DNA of 64,000 bases, taken from assembly GCA_951406725.2 (NCBI GenBank), contig OX597815.1, positions 210,366,001-210,430,000 on the forward strand, written 5' to 3'. This document shows, piece after piece, positions 1-11,568 of the stretch. Source of the stretch: Octopus vulgaris (lineage: Eukaryota). The translations under genes were made by a program, and so were the position numbers. The notes below the pieces were generated by a model. The model was not told the origin of the DNA. It saw only the letters and a program-made list of their open reading frames with translations, and did not search any database. Numbering within the stretch: position 1 is the stretch's first letter; each line of letters starts with the position of its first letter.

Positions 1-864
1 ATTCGGCCTCGATAAATGTGCAAAGGCTACCTTTATCAAAGGAAAAAATGACAGAAACATCTAACGTTAACCTTGACCAACAGAATGTCATAAAAGAACT
101 AGACCCAGCGGAGAGCTACAAGTACCTAGGGATAATTGAAGGGAACGGAATAAGGCATTCAGAGATGAAGGAAAGGATCAGGAGAGAATGCTATCGAAGA
201 GTGAGAGCAATACTCAAGACAGAGCTGAATGCAAGAAACAGGATCGAAGCAATCAATGCATTAGCTATACCAGTCGTGACTTACAGTTTCAATATTGTTA
301 ACAGGTCAATTACTGAAATATGTCAGCTCGACAGAAAAATAAGGAAACTGTTGACAATGCATAGAATGCACCACCCTAAGGCAGATACAGAACGACTCTA
401 TCTGCCAAGAAAAGAGGGAGGCCGTGGTCTTTTGCAACTGGCAATAACAATGAAGATTGCTACAATTGGCCTAGACACCTACCTGAAAAACTCTGAGGAC
501 TGGATGCTAAAACTTGTCTCAAAACATGAAAACAAGAAAGCATCATACTCAGTCACAAAACAGGCAAAGGAATATCTAAGTGAATTCCGAATACAACCAA
601 TTTCGGAGATAGATATACAAGAAACAAGCACAGAAAAAGCTAGGCGCATGAAAACCCGTGCCAAAACTGCGGCCTTAGATATTCTGAATAATAAATGGCA
701 AGAAAAACCTCTCTATGGCAAATACCCAAAGAGAGCGAATAATGCAGATATCGACAAAGCCCTGACCCATCAATGGCTAATGGCCTCTGGCTTAAAATCT
801 GAAACAGAGGGGTTTATCATAGCAGCTCAAGATCAATGCCTACCAACAAGAAACTACCAGGCCA
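1..864 (+). mobile_element. Partial copy of the R4/Dong-type RLE retrotransposon (RT C-terminal region), truncated by the assembly gap
   Basis: Matches 5580-6442 by eye except one extra A in a homopolymer (ggaaaaaatg vs ggaaaaatg), which frameshifts the start of ORF 18..974. Ends at the N run. Confidence 0.92.
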
Positions 865-964
865 NNNNNNNNNNNNNNNNNNNNNNNNNNNNNNNNNNNN
901 NNNNNNNNNNNNNNNNNNNNNNNNNNNNNNNNNNNNNNNNNNNNNNNNNNNNNNNNNNNNNNNN
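865..964. other. Assembly gap (100 N)
   Basis: Run of exactly 100 N. Confidence 0.99.
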
Positions 965-1199
965 TATTGTCTAGAAAGAAAAAAGTAAACACAAGCATAT
1001 ACATAGAAACTCATTAAAAATCCATTTATAGATGACTCTCAAGAAACCCATTTAAAATACTACGCTTCATGTGAGACAACTTAATATTATTAAATACTAT
1101 AGAGGTGCAAATGCACAAAGCCTAAAATAAAATAAAATAACATAATAACATAAGATACAGTATGTTATTGTGTAGCCAAGTGATAATTTGTTATTTAAC

Positions 1200-2889
1200 T
1201 ATAAACAAAAACGGAGCAAATGTATATAAATATCATTCGTAATTAATTTAAGATGAAAGACATTATAGAAAATTTGTTACACTTAGTAAGTACCTAAAGA
1301 ATTAAGTAACTTAAAAGATGGAAGAACTTAATGCTAGAATTAAATAGTATATATTATCATTATATACATGATTACGCTTTAAAGTTTATTAATTTCAAAA
1401 GTGTTTAATATAGATAGAATCATATACTATATAATAATGAGTAATCAGAAAAATAGAATATTTTAATAGTAAAAGTAAAAATAAAATTAAATTGAATAAT
1501 TATCTTATTAAAGTCCATCACCCCTAAGACTAATATTGAGTTGGACAAGTAAAGTCAAATAAAAATTATTCGTCAAAATATATACATTTTCAGCATTCCA
1601 GAGAAAATAGCGGAAATAAGTATGGAAGAAGAGAATGGTTCAGGTTAAAACCATAAATAAAGAAGAAGGGAGAACATCCATGCCTATAAATATAAGGGCA
1701 TAAAGAGCGGTCAATATATCAAGATTAATTGAAACTTATTTTTAAGGTTGTCTGCAACACCGGAAGTAGGTATTTATTATATAGAGGAAACTGGGAATAT
1801 TGTGTACAAGGGACGAATAGTTAGATAGAGCTGGGCTACACAATTATATGCCATACAATTATATACAATTATATATATTAATAATATAGCCAAAGTTATG
1901 GTTTATACAGTAAAATGCAATAGTATAGTATTTTATTGGTATGAATAAAGAACTAATGGCTTTGATGGACTTAGTTACAAAGAGAAAAAAACGTAAATAA
2001 AATAATTATTATTAAGAGAGAGAATAAAAACTCGAATGGTGGTAATTTAAGAAATATATCAATACTTAAGCAGAGACAGAGGATAATTAAAGAAAGATAC
2101 TCTGCGGGGAACAAACATATATATTAGTCTAAAATATGATGTAGGAATAAAACATATGGATATGAATAGCCATAAATAAAAATTGATAGTAAAGGGGAGG
2201 TAATATATTGCTGGAACCAAACGAAAATAAGTTATAGAAAATACTGAGTGAAATAAAAAAATTGTCATCTATAAGAATATCACTTGTAATTATCTATTTG
2301 CCTAACTATCAAAAACTAAACTAACTAATGATTATAAATAAATAAATAAATAAATAAGTATATAGATAAATAAATTAATTAATAAATAATTAAATCTATA
2401 ATTTAACCATAAAGTAAATAAATAATGAGGCTAGAAATATATATATTAAAAGAGAGAAAAAATTCGAAGGGAGGTAATTTAAGAAATATATCATTACTTA
2501 AAGATTGAGCCAGAGGATAATTAAAGAAAGATACTATATAAATATAATAATATACGTATTTTTTATCTCGTATATTAATATATAAAGATAGAGCCAGTGG
2601 GCGCAGGGAAAATATATATATAAGTTAGTGTCTTATGAGATAGGGGTAATGAGATTAGTGATAATGCTGTCTTATCTCATAATAATATCTGGTTGATAAT
2701 ACGTTTTTAGAGTTTATCAATGCAACTTGATAAAATCTATTTTTCAATTATTAATAAACATTTTAATAACATTATATGCCATGAAATTATTGATAATAAC
2801 GCTATTAATGTAGGATATAGTTTAACATATGAACTTGCAACTATTATATTTGCTATAATTAATAAGAAATTAGGCGTATTCTACTTGAA
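1200..2889 (+). mobile_element. Highly decayed Penelope-like element remnant
   Basis: 2720-2885 translates to LDKIYFSIINKHFNNIICHEIIDNNAINVGYSLTYELATIIFAIINKKL. This resembles the Penelope RT/GIY-YIG linker as I recall it (GKIFLKLIDKHF..HKIFNRNTVKVSYSCMPN...HNKK). Weaker upstream traces include ITPKTNIE (~1520) and GLYSK (~1900, cf. GLYRDD). Boundaries approximate. Confidence 0.4.
2015..2535 (+). repeat. Diverged ~85-bp direct repeat (2015-2101 and 2451-2535)
   Basis: Both copies read agagag..aaaa.tcgaa.gg.ggtaatttaagaaatatatca.tacttaa...cagaggataattaaagaaagatact. Confidence 0.85.
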
Positions 2890-3014
<125 letters not shown>

Positions 3015-3113
3015 TAGCTACACATAAAACAATGTCATTGAAGATGATGATGGTGATGGTGATGTTGCTGATGATGGTGATGGTGGTGAAGATGATAGTA
3101 ATAACAATAATAA

Positions 3114-6100
3114 CTGACAGATCCCGTCTTTTTCCCTTTCTTTTCGTTTCCTTCTCCGTATTTTATTCTCATTATTTCGAACTAATACAGACACAGTAAG
3201 CCTTGAAGAAAGGAAGAGGAGGAAAGGAAAAAAAAAAAAAATGTCCGGAGATAAAACTATCAACAAAAAAAATACAGACGAATATAGATCTGCTAGTCTT
3301 AAGAAGCGGCGCTATGAGCAATGCTTACACGTAGTGAACCCTAAACTGACAGATCCATCTCCTAATATAAGAATGGATGCTCGTCATGCTTCAAGGTCAA
3401 CAAATCAAACAATAAACCGCATTGGTCATTGCGCGGATTACAAAAGACCACGTACCCGAAAATTGAACCAAATCCTGATTGAAAAATCAGTTACTGGATC
3501 AAATCTTCCCAACACACAGGAGCTGGACGAACCCCACAACCGGAATATTCCAACAGATGGCCATCCATGCTCATCACCAAATAATCAAAAGAAAAAGAAG
3601 GAAAAATGGTCTAGGGAAGATAATAAAGAAGTTCTTGAGGCCTTCTACCATGCCATATATTTCCCCACAGATAAGTCTAGCACTGTACAAGCATACTTAA
3701 ACTGGAGACAGAAACACCCTGAAGTAAGACCCTACATAGACAGTAACAAGCTTGCCAATGTTAGAAGAAACATTATAAAAAAGAAATTACTGACTGAAGT
3801 AGAGATTGATCAGGTTAGACAAGCAATATCGGATAAAATGAACGAAGCTGCAGCTAGAGAAGATAATACAGAGGAAATGATTATAGACCAGCCCAGGGCG
3901 GATAAAAACGAAGAGAGGATTGAAAGAGTTAGTATAAGTGATAGGCAAAGTGAAATACGCCCTGAACCAATCATAAACACTAAGACAGATGAGCATCAAA
4001 TAGATAAAGAAAGTCACACAAATATTGACCCAACAGAACTACATGAGCTAAAAAATCAAATCATGATTGAATGGCTGAAAATTAAAGAAACCAGTATGGA
4101 TGAGCGTGATACACTTCCTAAAATCCGCAACTCTAACCAAAACATGAAAATAATTGGTAAAATCCGGCTTGCACTTAAGGATATAATTTCAGTTAATGAT
4201 GTTGATATCACAAACCTCAACCACCTATACTATGCATCCGCGAAAATCTCAACGATCCTATGTGGTGTAAAGATTAGAAAACGGCAACAGTCCCACAAAA
4301 AGCCTTCTTGGCAAGAGCGTCTGCAACAACAAATTAAAATATTTAGATCTGACATTGAATATTTGAAAAACCTTAAGGCTCACAAGATTACCAAACCTAC
4401 AAAAACCCAAAAATTACTGAAAAAATACAATATGAAAACTATACTTGATATTGATGCCACCATAGAAACCATCAAACAAAAGGTATCTGCCAAAGCTGCC
4501 CGCATAGCGAGGTATGAAAAGCGTGTTAGATTTTTCAAGGACAACAACATGTTCAAAAATAACACCAAGAATTTTTACAGGAAGATAGGAAAAACAGCGT
4601 TTACTGCAGGGTCTGTACCATCAAAAGAAGAAGTGCAGAGATTTTGGAATAAAATCTGGGCAGAAGAAAAAACACACAACGAAAAGGCCCCCTGGATTGA
4701 CAGAATATCTACAGAAGAGCAAAAGTGGGAGGGTGTCAAGGTAGAAGATATAAGATCTGCTCTCAGGAGGTCAAGCAAATGGAAGTCTCCAGGAAAGGAT
4801 AAAATTCCTAACTTCTGGCTGAATGCCTTCCCAGAGAGCCATGAACTGCTAACAGAACTGTACAATGATGTTTTGCAACACCCTAGTAGGATGCCTCCTT
4901 GGCTAGTTAATGGGTTAACATTCCTGCTTCCAAAAAGTGAAGAAACAAATGAACCAAAAAACTATAGACCCATAACTTGCTTAACAACTATGTACAAAAC
5001 ACTAACATCTGTCCTGACGGAATATACCTATAGTTTTTTAACAGACAGCAGCATATTCCCTAATGAACAGAAAGGATGTAAACGTGGATCCTACGGCTGT
5101 AAAGACCAACTACTCATCAATAAGATGATCTTAGAAGATTGTCACAAACGACACAAAAACTTATCAATAGCCTGGATAGACTATAAAAAGGCTTTTGATA
5201 GCCTACCACATAGCTGGATTAGGAAATGCCTTGAAATGTATAAGATAGCACCAACTCTGCGAAACTTCTTGACTGTAAGTATGAGATCATGGAGAACCAC
5301 ACTAACTCTGAACAGTGACAGTGAATTCCTAAATGCTGGTGATGTAAAAATTTCGTGTGGCATTTTCCAGGGTGACTCACTGTCACCACTCCTCTTTTGT
5401 TTATCCTTAATACCTCTCTCAAAGCTGCTCAATGACGCGCAGTACGGGTATAAAATGTTTGATAAAAATATAAATCATCTCGTTTACATGGATGATTTAA
5501 AGCTTTTTGCAAAAAATGATCAACAACTCAAGGGCTTACTAGCGATAGTCAAACAATTCAGTGACGACATCAGAATGCAATTCGGCCTCGATAAATGTGC
5601 AAAGGCTACCTTTATCAAAGGAAAAATGACAGAAACATCTAACGTTAACCTTGACCAACAGAATGTCATAAAAGAACTAGACCCAGCGGAGAGCTACAAG
5701 TACCTAGGGATAATTGAAGGGAACGGAATAAGGCATTCAGAGATGAAGGAAAGGATCAGGAGAGAATGCTATCGAAGAGTGAGAGCAATACTCAAGACAG
5801 AGCTGAATGCAAGAAACAGGATCGAAGCAATCAATGCATTAGCTATACCAGTCGTGACTTACAGTTTCAATATTGTTAACAGGTCAATTACTGAAATATG
5901 TCAGCTCGACAGAAAAATAAGGAAACTGTTGACAATGCATAGAATGCACCACCCTAAGGCAGATACAGAACGACTCTATCTGCCAAGAAAAGAGGGAGGC
6001 CGTGGTCTTTTGCAACTGGCAATAACAATGAAGATTGCTACAATTGGCCTAGACACCTACCTGAAAAACTCTGAGGACTGGATGCTAAAACTTGTCTCAA

Positions 6101-7272
6101 AACATGAAAACAAGAAAGCATCATACTCAGTCACAAAACAGGCAAAGGAATATCTAAGTGAATTCCGAATACAACCAATTTCGGAGATAGATATACAAGA
6201 AACAAGCACAGAAAAAGCTAGGCGCATGAAAACCCGTGCCAAAACTGCGGCCTTAGATATTCTGAATAATAAATGGCAAGAAAAACCTCTCTATGGCAAA
6301 TACCCAAAGAGAGCGAATAATGCAGATATCGACAAAGCCCTGACCCATCAATGGCTAATGGCCTCTGGCTTAAAATCTGAAACAGAGGGGTTTATCATAG
6401 CAGCTCAAGATCAATGCCTACCAACAAGAAACTACCAGGCCAACATATTAAAGATCAGAAGCAGTCCAACGTGTCGTGTATGCAAGCAACAAAATGAAAC
6501 CATTGACCATGTGGTCTCCAAGTGCAGTCTTCTAGCGCCTACAGAGTATCTCAACAGGCACGATAGAGCTGCACAATATATTCACTGGGTAATCTGTAAA
6601 AACCTGGATTTGCCCCATGAAAAAAACTGGTGGGAACACAAACCACCCCCAGTGCTTGAAAATGACCACATCTCACTCCTCTGGAACTTCACCATTCAAA
6701 CTGACAGGAAGATAGATGCAAATAGGCCAGACATCATATTGAAAAACTTCAAACAAAGAACATGCCTCCTCATTGATATGACTGTCCCAATCGATATAAA
6801 CGTATCTGTCAAGACCTACCAAAACCTGAGCAAATATAAAGATCTTGAAATAGAAATCAGCAAAATGTGGAAGCTGAAGACTAAAACAATACCTGTTGTC
6901 ATAGGTGCCCTGGGAATGATAGCAAAAGGGGCTGATAGCTACCTAACTCAGATACCAGGAAACCCAAAAATGGCAGAAGTTCAAAAGATAGTGCTCATGG
7001 GAACTGCTCATATCCTACGCAAAATACTCTCTATGTAATCTCAAGGTTTAAAACAAACATAATTTTCGGTTTAAAAAAAAAAAAAAAAAAATTTTTTTTT
7101 TCTTTTTAGACATTCATTAGTACAACATCCCCACCCCCCAAATATATGGCACACTAGGCATAACAACAACATGAACTTCCAACCCTGTTGTCTCTTGAGG
7201 TCTCTGGGTGAGACTTGGAGCCAACTTGTACAAATATAAAGCAAAAGTCAAACATAGAATAATAATAATAAT
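3114..7272 (+). mobile_element. R4/Dong-clade non-LTR retrotransposon with restriction-like endonuclease, apparently full length
   Basis: Single long ORF and ~220-nt 3' UTR ending in (AAT)n at ~7258-7272. The 5' end follows a TAA-rich tract (..gtaataacaataataa). Dong-type elements are known to insert in TAA repeats. 5' boundary approximate. Confidence 0.88.
3241..7038 (+). CDS. Reverse transcriptase / restriction-like endonuclease polyprotein (1265 aa), uninterrupted
   Basis: RT motifs WKSPGKD, NYRPITCL, WIDYKKAFDSLPH, GIFQGDSLSPLLF, HLVYMDDLKLF, YKYLG, LYLPRKEGGRGL. C-terminal CCHC (CRVC..ETIDHVVSKC), RHD, RPDI, D..VP and KYKDL of the RLE domain. Confidence 0.95.
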   Translation: MSGDKTINKKNTDEYRSASLKKRRYEQCLHVVNPKLTDPSPNIRMDARHASRSTNQTINRIGHCADYKRPRTRKLNQILIEKSVTGSNLPNTQELDEPHNRNIPTDGHPCSSPNNQKKKKEKWSREDNKEVLEAFYHAIYFPTDKSSTVQAYLNWRQKHPEVRPYIDSNKLANVRRNIIKKKLLTEVEIDQVRQAISDKMNEAAAREDNTEEMIIDQPRADKNEERIERVSISDRQSEIRPEPIINTKTDEHQIDKESHTNIDPTELHELKNQIMIEWLKIKETSMDERDTLPKIRNSNQNMKIIGKIRLALKDIISVNDVDITNLNHLYYASAKISTILCGVKIRKRQQSHKKPSWQERLQQQIKIFRSDIEYLKNLKAHKITKPTKTQKLLKKYNMKTILDIDATIETIKQKVSAKAARIARYEKRVRFFKDNNMFKNNTKNFYRKIGKTAFTAGSVPSKEEVQRFWNKIWAEEKTHNEKAPWIDRISTEEQKWEGVKVEDIRSALRRSSKWKSPGKDKIPNFWLNAFPESHELLTELYNDVLQHPSRMPPWLVNGLTFLLPKSEETNEPKNYRPITCLTTMYKTLTSVLTEYTYSFLTDSSIFPNEQKGCKRGSYGCKDQLLINKMILEDCHKRHKNLSIAWIDYKKAFDSLPHSWIRKCLEMYKIAPTLRNFLTVSMRSWRTTLTLNSDSEFLNAGDVKISCGIFQGDSLSPLLFCLSLIPLSKLLNDAQYGYKMFDKNINHLVYMDDLKLFAKNDQQLKGLLAIVKQFSDDIRMQFGLDKCAKATFIKGKMTETSNVNLDQQNVIKELDPAESYKYLGIIEGNGIRHSEMKERIRRECYRRVRAILKTELNARNRIEAINALAIPVVTYSFNIVNRSITEICQLDRKIRKLLTMHRMHHPKADTERLYLPRKEGGRGLLQLAITMKIATIGLDTYLKNSEDWMLKLVSKHENKKASYSVTKQAKEYLSEFRIQPISEIDIQETSTEKARRMKTRAKTAALDILNNKWQEKPLYGKYPKRANNADIDKALTHQWLMASGLKSETEGFIIAAQDQCLPTRNYQANILKIRSSPTCRVCKQQNETIDHVVSKCSLLAPTEYLNRHDRAAQYIHWVICKNLDLPHEKNWWEHKPPPVLENDHISLLWNFTIQTDRKIDANRPDIILKNFKQRTCLLIDMTVPIDINVSVKTYQNLSKYKDLEIEISKMWKLKTKTIPVVIGALGMIAKGADSYLTQIPGNPKMAEVQKIVLMGTAHILRKILSM

Positions 7273-9672
7273 AGTAATATTCTATTGGACATATTTTCAC
7301 CTGATAAGAGTAGTACTAACCACTTGTTAACAAAAGCACTAATAAAATTTTTAAATACTCTTAAACTATCAAATTAGCCTGAAATAAAAAGAGAATATAT
7401 CTTAAAATTATTTTAAACGGCTTTTATTCAGTATTCTAAATTCATTTTAAAATTCATTAGTATTTCCCCCCAATATTGTTTCTCATAATGTGGTTACAAA
7501 ATTTCACTCCACAAGATTTAAAATTCAGCTGTAAAGTAAGGTAGTAATGTAGGTTACGTTACTACATTACCACATCACAGGATAACCAACGCCAGGTTTG
7601 AGATAATAAAATAGATGTAGGAGAAAAAATATTAGATAAAAATTTGACAAGAGGAAACGATAAAACGGAAAACATGTTTCAGTTGTAGATGATCGCCAGA
7701 CAATATTTTAAAGGAGGAAGAACAAAGTCTATAAGAATATATCACAAGCAATTTACCGATAATTTTAAGTTAATCATTGTAAAGTATTTTCTCATTGTGT
7801 TTCGTTTGAAGTTGTGAGAATGTTTTTCCTGCAAAGGGATTGGCAAACTTTCAAGCATGCTTTCCAGTTCATTTACCAACGAATTTTGCTGAAAATGTTA
7901 TACTGCAATTATTGATTCTTTCTCAACTTATTGTAATTATTCAGCAATTATTTGTATTTAATGCCCCTTCGACTGAATCTACTAATACGTCTCGCATGCA
8001 TTCCAATATACATGTAATTGTTATTCATAACCTACCTTTCTAAAAAAATATATATCTAACATTAATTTATTGCGTAGCTTATACCTTGAAAGTGGAATTA
8101 TTTTTATAATTGAATACAGCCATTTGGAGAACAAAGTTTTTAGCTTCAAACAAAACATTTAGAAAATGTGTGATACCTGGAGAATATATTTACGATAGTA
8201 TTGATCAATATGCTAATATATTCAAATTATACGCAGCTCTATATAATACAACACATTGGCATGTATATATTTTTTACCTGAGAATGTGTTTGTACGTGTG
8301 TGCGTGTATATACATACATAAAACGCACACATACACACTCATATGTGTGTGTAGATACATATGAAGGTGTGTTTAAATACATACATTGGGAATAATAAAT
8401 GTGAGCTTCATGGTAATCTGTTGCTAAATGTTAGCGAATAACTTCTCTTTGCAGAAAAGCTATTTCGCTTTTTTAGTTTGCAACTCTCAAAATACCTAAC
8501 TGTGACGAAAACACAAAACCTTTACATGATGCGCTAACAATAACTCCAGATCTTATATACTAAATTCCAAACTCACGCTAGAAATTTAACACAGAATCAA
8601 AATAAACATAAACCAAGAGAATATCTTTCGCATATACCATGACTAAGTACCTTAAAAGCAAGATGAAACTCTCAAGGGCCGTCCAAAGATAAACCTTCCA
8701 TTTGCACAATACTAAATTTAATCATTAATTAAAACTCCAGTGTTTGTAATATAGAATGGAAAAGCGTCACAGTTTTCATTATGCGAGGCTGCATGTGGAA
8801 AAATCTCACTTGCACGTCTGAAATGTTCTACAGGCTTGCATGATGCAGCAACGATTTTAATTGCTAACGGTTAGTTACATATGTATACGGTAAAGAAAGC
8901 AATACAGCCGATATACCGCAGCTCAAATGCGATATATGGGCTTTATTTTTCAGATGTCGTAAATAGGAGGGCGCTCACAATTGAAACATCACTGATCGTA
9001 TGTTGAAGCAGGACTGATGCAGAGTAGTTACACCAAGAGCAAGACAATCGTTGTTTTGAGATTGTTGGATTTGCTTTTCTACTCGTTTTCAAAATACAAA
9101 ATCTCAAATCATGCAACTTTGATAATATATAATAAACATGGAAATGAAAAAAAATTCAAAAACCTAACAAGATTAATCTATACTTCACGTAACATCTATA
9201 TTCTCCATATATAGCTCTTCTAAGGTGAAACTGAGTCAATAAAAGAACTTCTGATTCTGCTAGAAACAACTACCTAATCGCCTTCAAATCAAATATTTTT
9301 TTGTAATCAGATTAAAACATATAATGGATAATATGCTTATTGGCATACCTGTTATAAGACGGGATGATCACTGTTGTAATGATGTTGATCATTGATCTGC
9401 TCAGTTAGGGTAGATCTGTGCTTTAACAAATAAAAACAATACAGACTCAATGCAAGCGCCCATCTGTAATATACCCTTATATAAACTTTCCATATAATGA
9501 ACCTTCCTAAACCAACAATTACGTACATAGTTTAACTGTTTACGTCAATATCAGCCTCCTTAATTAGCACAATATCACATTACCGATAAAATTGTTTAGC
9601 AACGAAAACAAAACTCAGTATAATATCAGAAACAATAGCTAAATTATTTATAAATTGCATAAGAAACCAGCA

Positions 9673-9905
9673 TACTCTTTACTCTTTTACTCTTTTACTT
9701 GTTTCAGTCATTTGACTGCGGCCATGCTGAAGCACCGCCTTTAGTCGAGCAAATCGACCCCGGGACTTATTCTTTGTAAGCCCAGTACTTATTCTATCGG
9801 TCTCTTTTGTCGAACCGCTAAGTGACGGGGACGTAGACACACCAGCATCGGTTGTCAAGCAATGCTAGGGGAACAAACACAGACACACAAACACACACAC
9901 ACACA

Positions 9906-9959
<54 letters not shown>

Positions 9960-10113
9960 TACGGCAGGCTTTTTTCAGTTTCCGTCTACCCAATCCACTC
10001 ACAAGGCATTGGTCGGCCCGGGGCTATAGCAGAAGACACTTGCCCAAGATGCCACGCAGTGGGACTGAACCCGGAACCATGTGGTTGGTTAGCAAGCTAC
10101 TTACCACACAGCC
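9673..10113 (-). mobile_element. tRNA-derived CORE-type SINE (family A) with internal (TA)/(TG) microsatellite and (AAAGAGT)n-type tail
   Basis: Reverse complement of the 60193-60611 copy: tRNA-like head, CORE-like cttgggcaagtgtcttc, tail aagtaaaagagtaaaagagta. Confidence 0.9.
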
Positions 10114-10324
10114 GTGCAAAAGCTCCATATTCTGCAAGCGTTATAGTAGTGTACATTAATTCACCAAATTCTTTGAAGTAGAAGCGGAGCTGATAAATTT
10201 CAAAGGATTGATTATGTATATACTTATGTTTAACAGGTCAAGACTAGTTACTGTAGAGTGCATCATAGGAAATTAACTTCTCTGATTTCCCATTTCTGTG
10301 AGTTCCACACACACACAGCTCAAT

Positions 10325-10492
10325 GACGCACGGCGTTGTAAGTCACCGCTGTTTCGACATGTTGCGTCTCGTCAGCTAGAAGCAGCCTTAACTGTGAGCC
10401 TAAACGAAGCCCAAGTGTCTAGTGTATCGTCTAGTTCTGTCTGACGAGACACGACCCAACATATCGAAGCATCGGTGTCCCAGAATGCCGTG
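10325..10492. other. Imperfect inverted repeat carrying hammerhead-like motifs on both strands
   Basis: Arms 10329-10381 and 10435-10492. Minus strand: CTGACGA-GAC(gcaacat)GTC-GAAA-C...GTC. Plus strand degenerate: CTGACGA-GAC...ATC-GAAG-C. Confidence 0.55.
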
Positions 10493-11146
10493 AGCCAATA
10501 TGCCTGGTTTGTCGAACACACAGTCGTCGTAAAAGGCAGGAGGTATCCTCCTATCACGTACAACATGTTTTATAAATTCGAAGATAACCGCTCTAGATAA
10601 CGCTGTGCACTATGCAAATAGCGATTTATTATCGGTTGGTAGATAATAGCATCGATTAGCAAGCAATTTGATTACTGAAAGCATAAACAGACCAGCAACT
10701 TCGATTGGCTTCAATGTTTAGCTTGCTTCTGGTTTATGAGACATGCGTTGAATAAGTAGTGTCCTAGAATGACCTTCACTAACCAGCCAAGTGTGTTGAC
10801 TTGACAATCGATGTAAAGGGGAGACGTTATTCTGTTATGACATTGTGACCAGCATATTTTGTGTCTAAACCTGCCTAGTCGCTTTAAGAATAACTATGCA
10901 AATAGAATTTAAAGAATTGACTGCTTTTCAAACTATCTGTACATATCTGTACGATTTATCTTTGTTTAAACGTTTTAGAAATTAATGATTGTCTTTAGGG
11001 AAACGGATGAGAGTTGAGAGACAGAAAAGTGCCAAGATAAAGAAAATTTTAATGTAAACGTGAAGAAGTTGAACAAATTATAAGCAAAAACATATAAAGT
11101 GAAAGGATTTGCAAATTGAGAAGGGAATAAAGCGATAAAAGATATG

Positions 11147-11194
<48 letters not shown>

Positions 11195-11568
11195 ACGTGA
11201 AAATATGTGAGAGAGTGTGAGAGAGAATCAGTGGAGACTATAAGATGAATACGGTGATAAATATAGGTTTTAGGAAAATGCCATACAAACCCTAAAGGTT
11301 TCATTTGACAAATACAAATAATAAATGAATATTTTCATCAAATAAATATATTATATCAGTATATTAGTTCCATGACTACATAAAGAGTTCTAGGACCTTT
11401 AAAATCAAATATTCTGAAGAAGATAATTTGATAAATATTTGTTATCCTGAAGTACATGGGTAAAACACAATGGAATATAAGTAGATTCTTCATTGCTAAA
11501 CATCTTTGCGTACCATAGTTATATAGCTATTGAATTCATACAGTATTATTTAGTGAATACAGTGATAA

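Noticed and set aside
965-2700. AT-rich stretch considered as a mitochondrial insertion
   Set aside because: No recognisable mitochondrial gene, tRNA or rRNA motif; weak Penelope-like traces fit better.
3112-3356. 13-nt repeat aactgacagatcc at the Dong 5' end and inside the ORF; possible 5' HDV-like ribozyme
   Set aside because: Too short to interpret, and I could not build an HDV-like pseudoknot by eye.
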